The notes under the pieces are model-generated. The model was not told the origin of the DNA, ran no database searches, and saw nothing but the letters and a program-made list of their open reading frames with translations. Shown here one piece after another: positions 17,025-31,913 of a stretch of 64,000 bases of DNA. The stretch lies in the NCBI RefSeq assembly GCF_009914755.1, contig NC_060938.1; one strand, written 5' to 3'. This DNA comes from the human T2T-CHM13v2.0 reference genome, Homo sapiens. A program made the translations under genes and the position numbers. The stretch's first letter is position 1, and each line of letters starts with the position of its first letter.

Positions 17025-19393
17025 TGATATGGTTGGCTCTCTGTCCCCACCAGAATCTAATCTTGAATTGTAATCCCCACGTGTTGAGGGAGGGACCTGG
17101 TGAGAGGTGATTGGATCATGGAGGTGGTTTCCCCCATGCTGTTCTCATGATAATGAATGAGTTCTCATGAGATCTGTTGATTTAAGTGTGGCACTCCCTT
17201 GCGCACACTCTTTCTCTCTCCTACTGCCTTGTGAAGAAGGTGCTTACTTCTTTTGTGCCTTCTGCCATGACTGTAAGTTTCCTGAGGCCTCCCCAGCCAT
17301 GCAGAACTGTGAGTCAATTAAACCCCTTTTCTTTATAAAGCACTCAGTGTCACGAAGTTCTTTATAGCAGTCTGAAAATGGACTAATACAGAAAATTGCT
17401 ACCAAGAGTAGGGTATTGCTATAAAGATACCTAAAAATGTGGATATGACTTTGGAACTGGGTAACAGGCAGAGGATGGAACAGTTTGTAGGGCTTGGAAG
17501 AAGACAGAAAGATATGGGAAAGTTTGAAACTTCCTAGAGACTTGTTGAATGGTTTTGACCAAAATGCTAATAGTGATATGGACAATGAAGTCCAGGGTGA
17601 GGTGGTCTCAGATGGACATAAGGAACTTATTGGGAACTGGAGCAAAGGTCACTCTTGCTATGCTTTAGTAAAGAGACTGGTGGCATTTTGCCTCTGCCCT
17701 AGAGTTCTGTGGAACTTTGAACTTGAGAGAGGTGATTTAGGGTATTTGGCAGAAGAAATTTCTAAGCAGCAAAGCATTCAAGAGGTGACTTGTTTTTTCC
17801 TGGAAGTGTATAGTCATATGTGTTCACAAAGAGATGATTTGAAATGGAAACTTATGTTTAAAAGGGAAGAAGAACATGAAAGTTTGAAAAACTTGTTGCC
17901 TGACCATGTGGTTGAAAAGAAAAACCCATTTTCTGGAGAGAAATTCAAGCCAGCTGCAGAAATTTGCACAAGTAACAAGGAGCTGAATGTTAATAGCCAA
18001 GAAAATGTAGAATATACCTCCAGAGCATTTCAGGGATCTTCATGGCAGCTCCTCCGATCACAGGCCTGGAGGCCTAGCAGGAAAGAATGGTTTTTTTGGT
18101 GGATCCCAGAGCCTTACCACTTTGTGCAGCCTTGGGACATTGCTCCTTGCATCTCAGCCACTCCAGCTCTAGCCATGGCTAAAAGGAGCCAAGGTACAGC
18201 TCAGGCTGTTGCTCCAGAGGGTGCCAGTCCCAAGTATTGGTGGTTTCCATGTGGTGTTGGGTCTGTGGGTATGCAGAAGAGAAGAGTTGAAGATTGGGAA
18301 CCTCCACCTAGATTTCAGAGGATGTATGGACATGCCTAGATGTCCAGGCAGAAGTCTGCGGCAGGGATGGGGCCTTCATGGTGACCCTTGACTTGGGCAA
18401 TGCAAAGGAAAATATGGGGTTGGAAGGTTGGAACCCACCCAAAGAGTCCCCACACTGGGGCACTGCCTAATGGATCTGTGAGAAAAGGACCACTGTCATT
18501 CAGACCCCCGAATTGGTAGATCCACTGACATCTTACACCATGCACCTGGAAAAGCCACAGGTACTCAACGCCAGCCTGTGAAAGCTGTGGGGGGTGTACC
18601 CTGCAGAACCACAGAAGCAGAGCTGCCCAAGACCATGGGAGCCCACCCCTTGCATCAACATGCCCTGTTGTGAGACATGGTGTCAAAGGACATCATTTTG
18701 GAGCTTTAAGATTTAACGACTGTCCCACTGGGTTTCAGACTTGCACGGGGCCTGTAGCCCCTTGATTTTGGTGAATTTCTTCTTTTGAAATGGGAACATT
18801 TACTCAATGCCTGTACTTTCATTGTATCTTGGAAGTAACTAACTTGTTTTGGATTTTACAGGCTCTCAGGTGGGAGGAACTTACCTTGTCTCAGATGAGA
18901 CTTTGGACTTGGACTTTTGGGTTAATGCTGGAATGAGTTAAGACTTTGGGGGACTGTTGGGAAAGCATGACTGTGTTTTGAAATGTGAGAAGGACATGAG
19001 ATTTTGGAGGGGCCAAAGGGGTTATGATATGGTTTGGTGCTGTGTTCCCACCCAGATCTCATCTTGAATTGTAATCCCCACATGTTGAGGGAGGGACCTG
19101 GTGGGAGGTGATTGGATCATGGGAGCAGTTTCCCCCATGCTGTTCTTGTGATAGTGAGTGACTTCTCATGAGATCTGATGGTTTAGAAGTGTGGCACTTC
19201 CTTGCCCATTCTCTTTCTCTCACCTGTTGCCTTTTGAAGAAGATGCCTGCTTCTCCTTTGTCTTCTGCCATGCTTGTTAGTTTCTTGAGGCCTCCCCAGC
19301 CATGTGGAACTTTGAGTCAATTAAACTTCTTTTCTTTATAAATTACCCAGTCTCAGGTAGTTCTTTATAGCACTCTGAAAATGGGCTAACAGA
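17025..19393 (+). mobile_element. Complete THE1D (ERVL-MaLR) provirus: LTR 17025-17390, internal 17391-19024, LTR 19025-19393
   Basis: Two ~366-bp direct LTRs starting TGATATGGTT, ~1.6-kb internal region, 5-bp TSD ATTGT at 17020-17024 and 19394-19398. Confidence 0.92.
17494..18339 (+). pseudogene. Remnant of the THE1 internal (MaLR) ORF, 281 open codons, TTG start
   Basis: EEDRKIWESLKLPRDLLNGFDQNA...GNWSKGHSCY...LGYLAEEISKQQSIQ is typical MaLR-int translation. Confidence 0.7.
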
Positions 19394-21107
19394 ATTGTAT
19401 ATTTAAGGATGTCAAGCAAACCAAAGGAAAAATAAGTGTCAATTGAATCGTAGTTTGTAGACACACTACATCAGTTCTTGGGATAAGTGAGTTTTAATTT
19501 TTTAAAGTCAGTTTTATAAAGGTAGACTAGATGATTTTAAGATGGGCCTTGCAAAGTGGAAACATTAATTAGGCAAGTTTTATAACATAATAGCTTTGGA
19601 TTGATTAACAGAGCATGGCATAAGTCTTGAATGGAGATTTGATAAGTAAACTGTATTTGATAAGTGAGTGGTCTGCTCAGGTGAGGAGAGTGTTGCCTCA
19701 GAAATCAATTTTCAGGGATTTCCATGGCAGGAAAATTACTTGTTGGTTTACAGTCTTAATTTTCCTGGGCAAATAACTGAGTCATGTTGATCATGTAGTC
19801 TTACTTCTTAGTCCTAAGGTCATCTTAATATAGGTGGTCACAGTTCTCACTGTTTTATAGAAACTTTTTCTTACTTAACATCTATATCATGAAAGTTAAT
19901 ACAAAAAGGCATGAATTCCAGACAGGCATAATCACCTCTCCTTGGACAGCATCTTAAAGTATACACAAAGAAGACAGGGTTAAGTGGGAAAAAATTTATA
20001 TTTTTATCTAAGCAAATGCCTGGTAAGTTGTGCATAGGATTTATCCTTCGGATTTAAATGGAGCTTCTCTTTCCAGCCTTAAGTTCCATATTAACCCCAG
20101 TTAGCTGCCAAGCCTGAAACAATAACTCAGTCAGGTGCTTGAGTGGGCAAAGTAGAGGGAGTATACTGGCCAGATACCAAGTGGGCCTGGCTCCATTTAT
20201 AAATCTAGCAGCTTGGAATAAAAGTAGGAGATATAAAAAAAATTCAAGTATGATGGCCTTTCATATACCCAAGAAGCATCCAGGAATCTGATTAAACTAA
20301 TTAGCAAGTCCTAAGGGCATGAGTGGGGAGAGATAATCAAGATGGAAAGTGAATAGAAGAGTAATCTTTCCTTTACTCCCTGGGTGAAAGCCTACCCTCC
20401 TCCAAGAGCACAGAAGATTCTACTATGTCATTCAAAATTTAACAAAAACATATTTTCAAGTCGTTTAAACTGTATACATTTGTTGAACTTTAGGATGAGC
20501 ATCCTTTTTATTTATGTTATTTTGTATACCCTTAATATTTCTTTAGCTTTAATTTCTAATGGTATAATTAGTGGGTAAAAGGAATGCATATTTTTGGGGG
20601 CTCTTGATCCGTAATGCTACACTGTCCTAAGCTATATGTATTTACCTTTTGTTTTCCATCTTTGATAGCTGTGGGTGTCCATCACCTGAGTATGACACAT
20701 TTAAGTATAGTCATCCTGCTCTACTATCAAACATTGAATTTATTCCTTCTATTTTACTGTATGTTTGTACCCTCTAACCCATTTCTCTGCATCCTTCTTC
20801 CTTTCCCCCATGCACCTTCCCCAGTCTCTGTTATCTATTTATCCACTCTCTACCTCCATGGATTCAAATTTTTTAGCTCTTACATATAGGTGAGAACTTG
20901 CAATACTTATGTTTTTGTGCCTGGCTTATTTCACTTAAGACAATGACCTCCCGTTCCATCCATATTGCTGCAAATGACATGTTTTCATTCTTTTTTATGG
21001 TTGAATAGTATTCCATTGCATATATATACATCACATTTTCTTTATTCATTCTTTTGTTGAAGGACACTTACGTAGATTCCATATTTTTGCTATTGTGAAT
21101 AGTGCTA

Positions 21108-21175
21108 TTAGGTTGGTGTGAAAGTAATGGTGTTTTTTTTTTTTTACATTTACAATTACATTTGCACCAACCTAA
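21108..21175. mobile_element. MADE1 (Hsmar1-derived MITE) inside the L1MA
   Basis: ttaggttggtgtgaaagtaat ... attacatttgcaccaacctaa inverted termini, TA duplicated on both sides. Confidence 0.88.
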
Positions 21176-22283
21176 TACAATAAACATGTGAGTTCAGGTG
21201 TCTCTTTGAAATATTTTTTTCCTTTAGGTAGATAGCCAGTAGTGGGATTGCTGAATCAAATGGTAATTCTATTTTTAGTTTTTTGAGAAATCTCCATCCT
21301 TTTTTCAGTAGTGGCTGTACTAGTTTACATTCCTAACAACAGTTAGGAATTTCTCTGCATCCTTACCAACATCTGTTAATTTTTTGTCTTTAAATAATAG
21401 CCATTTTAACTGGGGTAAGATGATATTTCATTGTGGTTTTGTCTTGCACATCTCTGATGATTAGTAATGTTGAGCATTTTTTCATATACCTGTTGGTCAT
21501 TTATATGTCTTATTTTAAGAAATGCCTACTCATGTACTTTGCCCACTTTTAAATGGGACTACTTGTTTTGTTCCTGCTGAGTTGTGTTCCTTGTATATTC
21601 TGGATATTAGTCACCTATCAGATGAATAGTTTGCAAATATTTTCTCCCATTCAACAGGTTGTCTCTTTACTCTGTTGATTATTTTGTTTGCTCTGCACAA
21701 GCTTTTAGGTCTAATTGTCTCATTTGTTTATTTTTGCTGTTGTTGTGTATGCTTTTGAGATCTCAGTGATAAATTCTTTGCCTAGACTAATGTGCAAGAG
21801 TTTTTCTTAGATTTTCTTCCAGTATTTTTATAGTTTAGGGCCTTATAATTAAGTCTTTAATTTATTTGGGATTGATTTTTGTATGTGGTGTGAGACAGCG
21901 GTCTAGTTTCATTCTTCTGCATGTAGCTGTCCAATTTTCTCAGCATCATTTATTAAAGAAGGCATCTTTTCCCTAATGTAACTTCATGTCAACTTTGTGG
22001 AAGATCAGTTGGCTGTAAATATGTGGCTGTATTTCTGGGTTCTCTATTCTGTTCCATTGGTTCACATGCCTATTTTCATATCAATACCATGCTGCTTTGT
22101 TTACTATAGACTTTTAAGATATTTTTAAGTCAGATAATGTGATACCTAAAGCTTTGTTCTTTTTGCTCATAATTGCTTTGGCTATTTGGACTCTTTTTGG
22201 TTCTGTATGAATTTTAGGATTGTTTGTTCTAATTCTGTGAAGAACGATGTTGCTATTTTGGTGAAATTACATTGAATCTGTAG

Positions 22284-22667
<384 letters not shown>

Positions 22668-25600
22668 TAGTATGGGAAGTTTTTCCACTTGTTTGTATCA
22701 TCGATCATTTCTCTCATTAGTATTTTGAGGTTTTCCTTGTAGAGGTACTTCACCTCCTTGGTTAAATTTATTTCTAGGTATTTTTTGGTAGGAATTGAAA
22801 GTCAAATTGCCTTCTTGATTTCCGTCTTGGCTGTATCATTATTGGCGTATAGAAATGCTACTGATTTGTACATTTATTTTGTATTCTGAAACATCATTGA
22901 ATTCATTGATCAAATCTAAGAGTTTTTTGGTAGAGTCTTCACACTTTTCTAGGTATAAGATCATATCATTAGCAAAGAGGGACAATTTAACTTCCTTTTT
23001 TCCATTTTGGATTCCTTTTATTTCTTTATCTTTCCTGATTGCTCTGGGTGGGACTTCCAGTACTATGTTAAATGAGTGTGGTGAAAGTGAGTATCCTTGC
23101 CTTGTTCCAGTTCTTAGAGAAAAAGCTTTCAACTTTTTGCCAGCTAGAATGATGTTAGCTGTGGGTTTGTCATATGTGGCCTTTATTATTTCCAGATATA
23201 TTCCTTCTGTGTCTGGTTTGTTGAGAGTTGTTATGATGAAGGGATGTTGAATTTTATAAAATGTTTTTTCTGCCTCAATTGAGATGATCATATGGTTTCT
23301 GCTTTTCATTCTGATGATGTGATGTATCACATTTATTGATTTGCATTTGTTGAAACATTCTTGCATCCTTGGGATAAATCTCACCTGATTGTGGTATGCT
23401 ATCTTTTTGATGTGCTGTTGGATTTGGGTTACCATTATTTTGTTGAGGATATTTACATATATGTTCATCAGGTATGTTGGTCTTTAGTTTTCTTGTGTGT
23501 GGGTATGTGTGTATGTGTCTTTGTCTGGTTTTGGTATCAGAGTAATGCTGACCTCAAAGAATAAAATAGGAAAAAATCTTTCTCTTCCATTTTTTTTTAA
23601 GAATAGTTTCAGGAAGATTGATATTAGTTCTTCTTTGTATGTATGTTTGGTAGAATTTGGCTGTGAGTCTATCCAGTCCTGAATTTTTCTTTGTTGGGAG
23701 ACTTTTTATTATTGCTTAAATCTCACTACTCATTGTTGATCTGCAGGTTTTCTATTTCTGTGTGATTAGTTTTTTGGTTAATCTTAAGAGGTTTGCATAT
23801 TCATTCATTCATTATATATTCACCTTTCCTCAAGGTTTTCCAGTTTGTCAGCATATAGTTGTTTGTAATAGTCTCTAATGGTCTTTTGTATTCTACGATA
23901 TAAGTTATAATGTCTACTTTTTCATTTCTGAATTTTTTTATTTGGGTCTTCTCTCTTCTTGGTTATTTTAGCTAGAAGTTTGTCAATTTTCTTTATGTCT
24001 TTGAAGAACCAATTTTTCATTTTGCTGATCTTTTGTGTGTTTTAGTTTCTATTTCATCTAGTTCTGCTGTGATCTTAATTATTTCTTGTTTTTCTACTAA
24101 TTTGGGGTTTGGTTTGATCTTACTTTTCTAGTTTCATGAGGTTCATTGTTAAGTTGTAGTTTGTAATCTTTTTACTTTTTTGACATAGGCATTTATTGCT
24201 ATAAACTTTCCTGTTAGCACTGCTTTTACTGTGTTCCACAGGTTTTGTTATGCTGTGTTTCCATTTTCATTTATTTCAAGGAATTTTTTGATATTCATGT
24301 TAACTTCCTTATTGACACAATGGCAATTCAGGAACATGTTGTTTAATTTTCATGTATTTGTATGCTTTCCAGAGTTTGTCTTGGTGTTGATTTCTAGTTT
24401 TATTCCATTATGGTATGAGAAGATAATTGATATAATTTGATTTTTCAAAATTTCTTGAAACTTATTTTGTGGCCTAACATACGGTCTATCCTGGAGAATG
24501 TTGCATATGCTGATGAAAAGAATGTATATTCTGTGGTTGTTGGATAGAATGTTCTGTAATGTCTGCTAGATCCATTTGGTCTAATGTATAATTTAAGTCT
24601 AGTGTTTTTTTGTTGATTTTCTGTCTGGATAATCTGTCTAATGCTGAGTGGGGTGTTGAAATCCTCCACTATTGTTTTATTGTCATCTCTTTCTTTAGAT
24701 CTAGTAATGTTTGCTTTATGAATCTAGGTGCTTCAGTGTTGGGTGTACATGCATTTAGAATTGTTATATTCTCTTGCTGGAATGATCCCTTTATCATTAT
24801 ATAGTGACCTTTTTTTGTGTGTTTTTACTATTTATGACTTACAGTCTGTTTTATCTGATATAATTATAGCTACTCCTGCTTGCTTTTGGTATTCATTTGC
24901 ATGGAATATCTTTTTCTATACCTTTACTTTCAGTCTATTTGTGACTTTGTTGGTAAGGTCAGTTTCTTTTAAGTAGTATATACCTGGATTATGTTTTTAA
25001 ATTCATTCAGCCATTCTGTATCTTTTAAGAAGAGAATTTAATCCATTTACATTCAAGGTTATTATTGATATATGAGGCTTTGTTTCTGGTATATTGTAAT
25101 TATTTTCTGGTTGTTTTATCTATTTCTTGTTCCTTTCTTTTTCTCTCATAGTTTGTCATTGTGAATGGTGAATTTCTGTAGTGGTACTATTTAAGTCCTT
25201 TTTCTTTCTTCTTTGCATGATTGCTTTACCAGTGAGTTTTATACTTTCATACGTTTCATAATGGTAAATGTCATCCTACCCTTTTACTTCCAGATTTAGA
25301 CTCCTTTGAGTATTTATTGTAGTACTGGCCTAGTGGTAACAAATTCCCTCAGCCCTTCTCTGTCTAGGAATGACTTTACTTCCCTTTTTTTTTAATGAAG
25401 GATAATTTTGCTAGATATAATATTCTTGGGTGACAGTTTTTTCTTTTAGCACTTTGAATATATTATTTCATTCTTTCCTGGCCTGTACAATTTCTGTGAG
25501 AAATCTGCTGTTAGTTTAATGAGGTGTTCTTTGTAGGTGACTGGATGCTTTTCTCTTGCTGTTTTTAGGATTTCCTCTTTAACTTTGTCTTTAGACAATC

Positions 25601-27959
25601 TGATTACAATGTGTTGTGGAGGAGACCTTTATGCATTACATCTGCCTGGGAATCGTTGAGCCTCCCGTATGTGAATGTCTAAATCTCTTGCTGGACTTGG
25701 AAAGTTTTCATCTATTATTTTGTTAAATAGGTTTTACAATTATTTATTTATTTATTCCTTTGCCCTCAGGGATACCAATAATTTGTTAATTCAGTCACTT
25801 TATGTTTTTCCAAATGTCTAAAAGGCTTTGCTTATTTTTTAAAAAATTCTCTTTTCTTTGTTTTTGTCTGACTGGATTATTTCAAAATTTCTGTCTTCAA
25901 GTTCTGAGATTATTCTTCTGCCTAATCTAGTCCGTTGCAGCTTTCAAATGTCTTTTGTATTTTCTTCAATGAATTGTTCAGTTCCACAATTTCTATTTGG
26001 TTCTTTAAAAAAAAATCTGTGTTTTTGGTATATATATCATTCATATTCTGAATTTTCTGATATCTTTGTATCGTTTGTTAGAATTTTATTGTATTGCAAT
26101 GAATTTCTTTAAAATCAATATTTTGAATTCTTTATCTGGGATTTTGAAAATTTCTCTTTAAGTTTTATTGCTGGAGATTTATTCTGTTCCTTTGGAGGTG
26201 TCCCATTTCCTTGCTTTTTCATGTTTCCTATGTCCTTATGTTGATATGTTTGCATCTGGTGTAATAATTGCTTCTTCCTCTTTTGGAATTTACTTTCATA
26301 GGGAAGGATATTTTCCTAAAGATCTATCTTTGGTTTTGGCTGGATAGGGTACTTGGCTTTGATTCTGGGTGCATGCAATATTGTAGCCTCTGTATGATTT
26401 TGTTGGCTATATATAGCATTAGTGGTATCTGTGCTTTCCTTAGTGGATTAGAGTGCAGTTTTTAGTGGAGGCTCTGGTGAGTTTGTGCTCAGGACTGGGA
26501 TCCCAGGTGCACCATTCTTTAGGCCACAGTAATGGCAGCAGTGGACTGAGTATGCCTATATTTGTGACTCATGGTGGTATACCCTGGCACCTGTGTTGGT
26601 GGTTATTAGCAGGTTGATTCTTGGACCTCCAGGTGGCTTGCTCAGATGCCAGTAGTGGCAGCTGTCGACTGGAGGGTAGGTAGGTTCTTGGGCACATGGG
26701 CAGATGGTGTGTTATAGCTAAAGAGAGCAGGAATGTCAGATGATTCTTGGGTCCCAAGCAGTGTGCATTGGTGTTGGCAGTGCCTGTGATGGCTGGGCAG
26801 GCCAGTCTCCAGACCCACAGGTGGTGCTTGCAGGTAGGTGCTAGCTACGATGGTTAACAGGTGAGAGTTTAGGCACAAACTTAGGCCTTTGAGAGGAGTA
26901 ATTAGGTGCCCAAGATGGTGGATTGGGTTGGGAAATCCCCAGGACTCTGAGCTATGTGCTCTGTCTCAGAGTTGCGGGGCAAAGCTGGGCTAGGTGGGAT
27001 TGTGCTTAGGCCCCGCAATGCTAAGAGTGGGCATCAACTGTGAAGGGCAGGTGTGGGGCAATCCTCAGGTCATAGACAGAGTGTTTGGAGGGGAAGTAGC
27101 AGCTGTGCTAAGGACCTGCCACCAGAGAGGGTGGGTCCTTCCTCAGTGGTTACAGTCTGGGCTGGTGCGTGGGAAATGCATGTACCCTTCATGACCCAGT
27201 CTTGGTGGTGCTCACCACCTTCCCTAGCTACAAGAACAGACGCCCAGCTCATGACCAAGTCTCATTGGCAGCTCATGCTCTGCTCATGTCCCCGTCTGAG
27301 GTCTTGGCAAGGTAGTGCTCACTTTTTGAGATCAGCTGTTGCTGCCTAGGCCTTACTCACTTCCTAGCTCTGGCTGTCAGACTGCTTCTGGCTCACTCCC
27401 CTGTCCCAGCAGTGACAGCCTGAGTTTCTGAGGTACCCAGTCCTGGTGCTGCTGGATCCCAGGACAGTGTGCAGTTTGCTGAAGGCTAGGTTTGAAAATA
27501 GCACCTTTCTGTAGCTGCTTAGGTCTCAGAAAGGGTGTGGGACCCAGCATGAGCACCCTCTATGGAGCAGGTACATCCCACAGTCTCCCAGCAGCTCCCT
27601 AGGTTAGTTTCAGGGGTGAGGAGGGATGAAGGATTCTCCCATGGCCAGGACAGCATAATTCTAAGTGGAGATGTGGGCTCTTGCAAGTCTCTCACTCACC
27701 CTTTCTCTGTGCTGGGAAGTCACTACTGGCTCTCTGTCAATCCTGACCAGGGAGGCTTCCTCTCCTGCTTCCTTTTCTCTGCTTTTGGTGTCCTCTGTTC
27801 ATTTCTCTGTTCAATTCCAGTGTTCTCTCTCGGAAATGTACTTGAAGTATGACTGTCTATACACTACCTGGTTCTTCTAAGTGGAGGAGGCCAGCATGAA
27901 ATGCTTCTATTCAGCCATCTTGAAAGCCACTGTAAACAGAATATATTTTAAAGCTTATT

Positions 27960-28600
27960 TTTCGTTATGATTCTTCAAATTGCCTGTTGAGGTGCTGTGG
28001 CATTTTTATGGAGGTAACAGTAGTCATGTTTATTTTTATTTGTTGTAAAAGCTCTTTATATGTAAATTATATTAATCCTTTATCACATATATGTTGTAAA
28101 CATTTTCCCAGTTTGCAATTTTCCTTTAAATTTTGCTTATGATATATTTTGAGGTACTAAACTATTACATATTTATGTTCTCAGATGGATCGGTCTCTCC
28201 TTTTGGGTTATGCTTTTACTAGTATAGTTAGAAAGTATTTCTCACCACAAGATTACATGCTTACTTTAAAAGATATATTTTATTTTTTAAAAATGGAAAT
28301 ATAGTATAAGTAATGTTAGATTGCTTTTTTTCTCATTTAGAATTATATTATTAGTATTTTCTGGCATTAAATTTTCTTTAATGACTAAGCTTCTATGTCA
28401 ATTAAATTACATCATATTGCCATATTATCACTTATGTTATTATGTTCTTACTCTTGGGTACTGAAGTTCCTTCCAATTTTTCATATTGTAAATAATACTG
28501 TTGTGAACATTCTTTCCCATAAATCTTGTTTGGAATTTCTTACTATTTCTTTAGGATAAACTTCAAGGTTGGGATTGTCCATTTGGGAGCATAGGCATTT
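27960..28600 (-). mobile_element. Degraded L1ME-type fragments
   Basis: atatgttgtaaacattttccccagtttg; aataatactgttgtgaacattctt; similar decayed sequence at ~20450-20620 flanks the other side of the L1MA. Confidence 0.5.
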
Positions 28601-28624
28601 TAAAAAATTTATTTTGTTTTACTT

Positions 28625-29055
28625 AAAAATATTTAATTGTTGTAGCATACACATAACGTACAATTTTCCATCTTAAACGTTTTTTTAGTGTAAAGTTCAG
28701 TTATACCCCAAATTACATTCACATTGTTGTGCAGTCAGTCTCCAGAACTCTTTTCATCTGGCAAAACTGAAACTCTGTCCTCATCAAACAACTCTCCATT
28801 CCCCACTCCTTTTGGGCCCTGGCAACCACCATTCCATGTTCTGTCTCTCTGAATTTGACTACTCTGGGTGCCTCATATAAGTAGAATCATACAGTTTTTG
28901 TTTTTTGTTTGAGACTGGCTTATTTTACTTAGAATAATCTCTTCAAGTTTTATCCGTGTTGTAGTATGTATCAGAATTTCCTTTCTTTTTAAATATATTA
29001 TTCCTTTGCATGTATATGTCACATTTTGTTTATCCATTCATTTGCTGATGAACAA
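28625..29055 (-). mobile_element. L1MB 3' UTR fragment
   Basis: ccagaactcttttcatctggcaaaactgaaactctg, cctggcaaccaccatt, ctcatataagtagaatcatacag. Confidence 0.82.
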
Positions 29056-29859
29056 AAGTTTTACCGTTAATTTTAAAGAGGACATTGAATAGAAAATGTC
29101 AGTATAAATACCTTTTTAATAGTATAGGTTTAAATCAATAAAAAACAAAGTATACAGTACGTATGACACAATTGCCAGTAAATAATTCAGATTGTTTTTA
29201 TTTGCTCATTATTTTAGATTAAGGCATATATTATCTCCTTGTTGTGTAATGCATTTTGACTTAGTGTTTACCATGGCGCCAATGAATGTAGTTGCTGCAA
29301 CCTGTGGATGGACTACTAAAACCCAAAGGGCTAAAGATAAAAATTGCAACAATGGGAAAAGAGCAGGCAAAAATTTGAGGCATTAGATGTAGTTATTACA
29401 ATTTCTATAACATGGAGGAAAGGTAGGTTCGAGTCATATATTTGACTGCCTCTGTGTGCTTTGGTTCAAGTGCAGCTGTGGAGGTCTTGGGTCATGGAAA
29501 GTAAAAGTTTTCCAAATACATACTGATATTACATCAAGGAAAGCCTTTTCAAAAATGGGATCCAGAATTCCTAACAGGGAGGGCACGTGCAAGGACTGGT
29601 GATAGGTTAAGGGAAAGCATCATTGAAGAAAACCAGTCTGAGTGTGCTTTTTAACAATCAAAGCTGAATTAGCTGAAACTGAAAAGTGGGGAGGGGCAGC
29701 AATGGGGGAGGAGATAAAAGTTTTGGGACAACTGAGAGACTGCACATTTTAAACAGAAGAAAATAGTCAATGCCTTTTAAACCAACGTTCTTTAAATATT
29801 TGTTTTAACATTTATTTTTTGAAGCAGAGTATAAATATTTTTTATTACTAACAGAAGTA

Positions 29860-30060
29860 ACAATAATTCCGGGCATTATTGTTATAGGCTCTTTATGGTA
29901 TTTACTCATTTAATTCTCATGTCAAGTCAATGAGACAGGTAGCATTATCATTCTCATTTTATTGATGAAGAAATTGAGGGCATGGAGTGGTTAAATGACT
30001 TGCCTAGGTCGATTAGCAAGTGGGAGAAGGGAGAGAAGGATTTAGACCAAAGCAATTGGA
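29860..30060 (-). mobile_element. MIR
   Basis: ctcatttaattctca...attttattgatgaagaaattgaggg...ggttaaatgacttgcctaggtc. Confidence 0.75.
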
Positions 30061-30411
30061 TTCCCTATTTTCTTTATAAATTATGCATAATTAAAAATCA
30101 TATTTTATATACTAAGTAAATATTGTATAGCTCTTTATTTTTAATGTATATGCCTGTTTTCCTTTCATCTGCTTCTTTGAGACCTCCACATAAAGAAACT
30201 TTACACAAGAAAGTACTGAAGAAAGAAAATTTGCTCTTCGATTTATAGGAAGGACACCTGTGTCATTTTAGCACTCTTTGTAGACTGGAATCCTGGGTTG
30301 TTGCTTGAATGCTTTAATCCAGCTATAGATTGTAAATTTGAAAAAGGAAAATAGAGAACAAATCGGGAGAATCTCTGTACATATAGCTGAAAGGAATTAG
30401 CTATTTTGAGC

Positions 30412-30710
30412 TTTTTAAAAGCTTTTATTTCAGGTTTGGGGGTACATGTAAAGGTTTCTACATATGTAAACCCGTGTCATGGGGGTTTATTGTACATACT
30501 ATTTTATCGCCCAGGTATTAAGCCCAATACCCAATAGTTTTCTTTTCTGCTTGTCTCTCTGCTCCCACCCAACCCCTCAAGTAGACTCCAGTGTCTGTTG
30601 TTTCCTTCTTTGTGTTCATAAGTTCTTATCATTTAGCTCCTGCTTATAAGTGAATCATATGGTATTTGGTTTTCTGTTCCTGTGTCAGTTTGCTAAGAAT
30701 AATAGCCTCC
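30412..30710 (-). mobile_element. Short 5'-truncated L1PA (about L1PA13-15), 3' UTR only
   Basis: ttttatttcaggtttgggggtacatgt...cccaggtattaagcccaatacccaatagtt...gtttgctaagaataatagcctcc. Confidence 0.85.
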
Positions 30711-31861
30711 GTGAGCTGGGTTTTAAAGGACTCCATTCAGGATTTTTTTTAACTTCTTCTTATTCTTGCCACTTTCCATTCATGTCTGGTAGAAAAAGAA
30801 GTTTGGGGAACATTATCCATGACAGTTGCTAATTATTTCAATAAAATAATACTCAGTGCTCTAACTTGTTAGCTTTGATGAAAACTAAGTATGTCTATTT
30901 AACTGTCAGAGAGGCAGAAATTTAATTAACTCTGATGCTATATTGAGTGGAGTGTAAATTACTTACCTAAGTGCAGAAGTAGAATTTATGAGGGAATGCA
31001 TGTACATCACTTTAATCTACTGTCTTAAAACTCTTTTTAAATTTTCTGTAACCCTATGACAGATTATAAAACTCTCATTTTCTACTTTAATTTCTCTTTT
31101 CTTTTTCTCAATCATAGTAAATTCCAATTTTCAATTATGACATTTGATGCTCTTGACAACTGCTTGTAAGCTTCTTCTATATGATAGATTCACTGGTGGA
31201 GAACTAGGTTTTTTGTTTTTTTGTTTTTTAAATTTTGAATGATTTATTCAAGAGTAGGTATTCATCACTGTCACTTAGTGAGATTTACCCTTTGTATGCT
31301 CAGTGTCTATTCAGTGCTAAGCTTTTGGATGATGGCATTATTGCATTGTCATACTATTCTGATGGTTTTCAGATTTCCTCATTTAAGAAAAGAAAGATGA
31401 CCCATAATCTTACTGCTCAGTTATGTACTGTTAACATTTGCCATTTAAAAAATTCTCTTTCTCTGTCTCTCTCTCCTTCCCCCACATATACATATATCCC
31501 GACAAGAAATAATTTGATATTGTTTAACATGCTGTATAATATGTAAAATAAACATAATATTTGTATAATTATGTAATGTATAGTTATAAACCTGACTTTT
31601 TTCATTTAGTATTATGTTGTGGCCACTTTCCTGTCACTCCCAAATTATAAATATTTTCTAATAGTTGAGAAATATATTTCACTCATATATTTGAATATAA
31701 CCTCTTATTTTTGTATATTTTAGTTGTTTCTAACATTTTTTAGATTGTGATTATTCGATAATAAACATACTTGTTTATAAACTTTGCTGCATTTCTGTTT
31801 ACATTCTTGGTTTAGATACCTATAAATGGAATTGCAGGGACAAAAGTTCTAAACATAATGA

Positions 31862-31863
<2 letters not shown>

Positions 31864-31908
<45 letters not shown>
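31864..31908. repeat. (AT)n microsatellite, ~22 units
   Basis: Uninterrupted AT run. Confidence 0.97.

Positions 31909-31913
<5 letters not shown>

Noticed and set aside
26560-26850. CAGGTGG-containing CTCF-like words
   Set aside because: Part of the repetitive L1M 5' UTR and only partial matches
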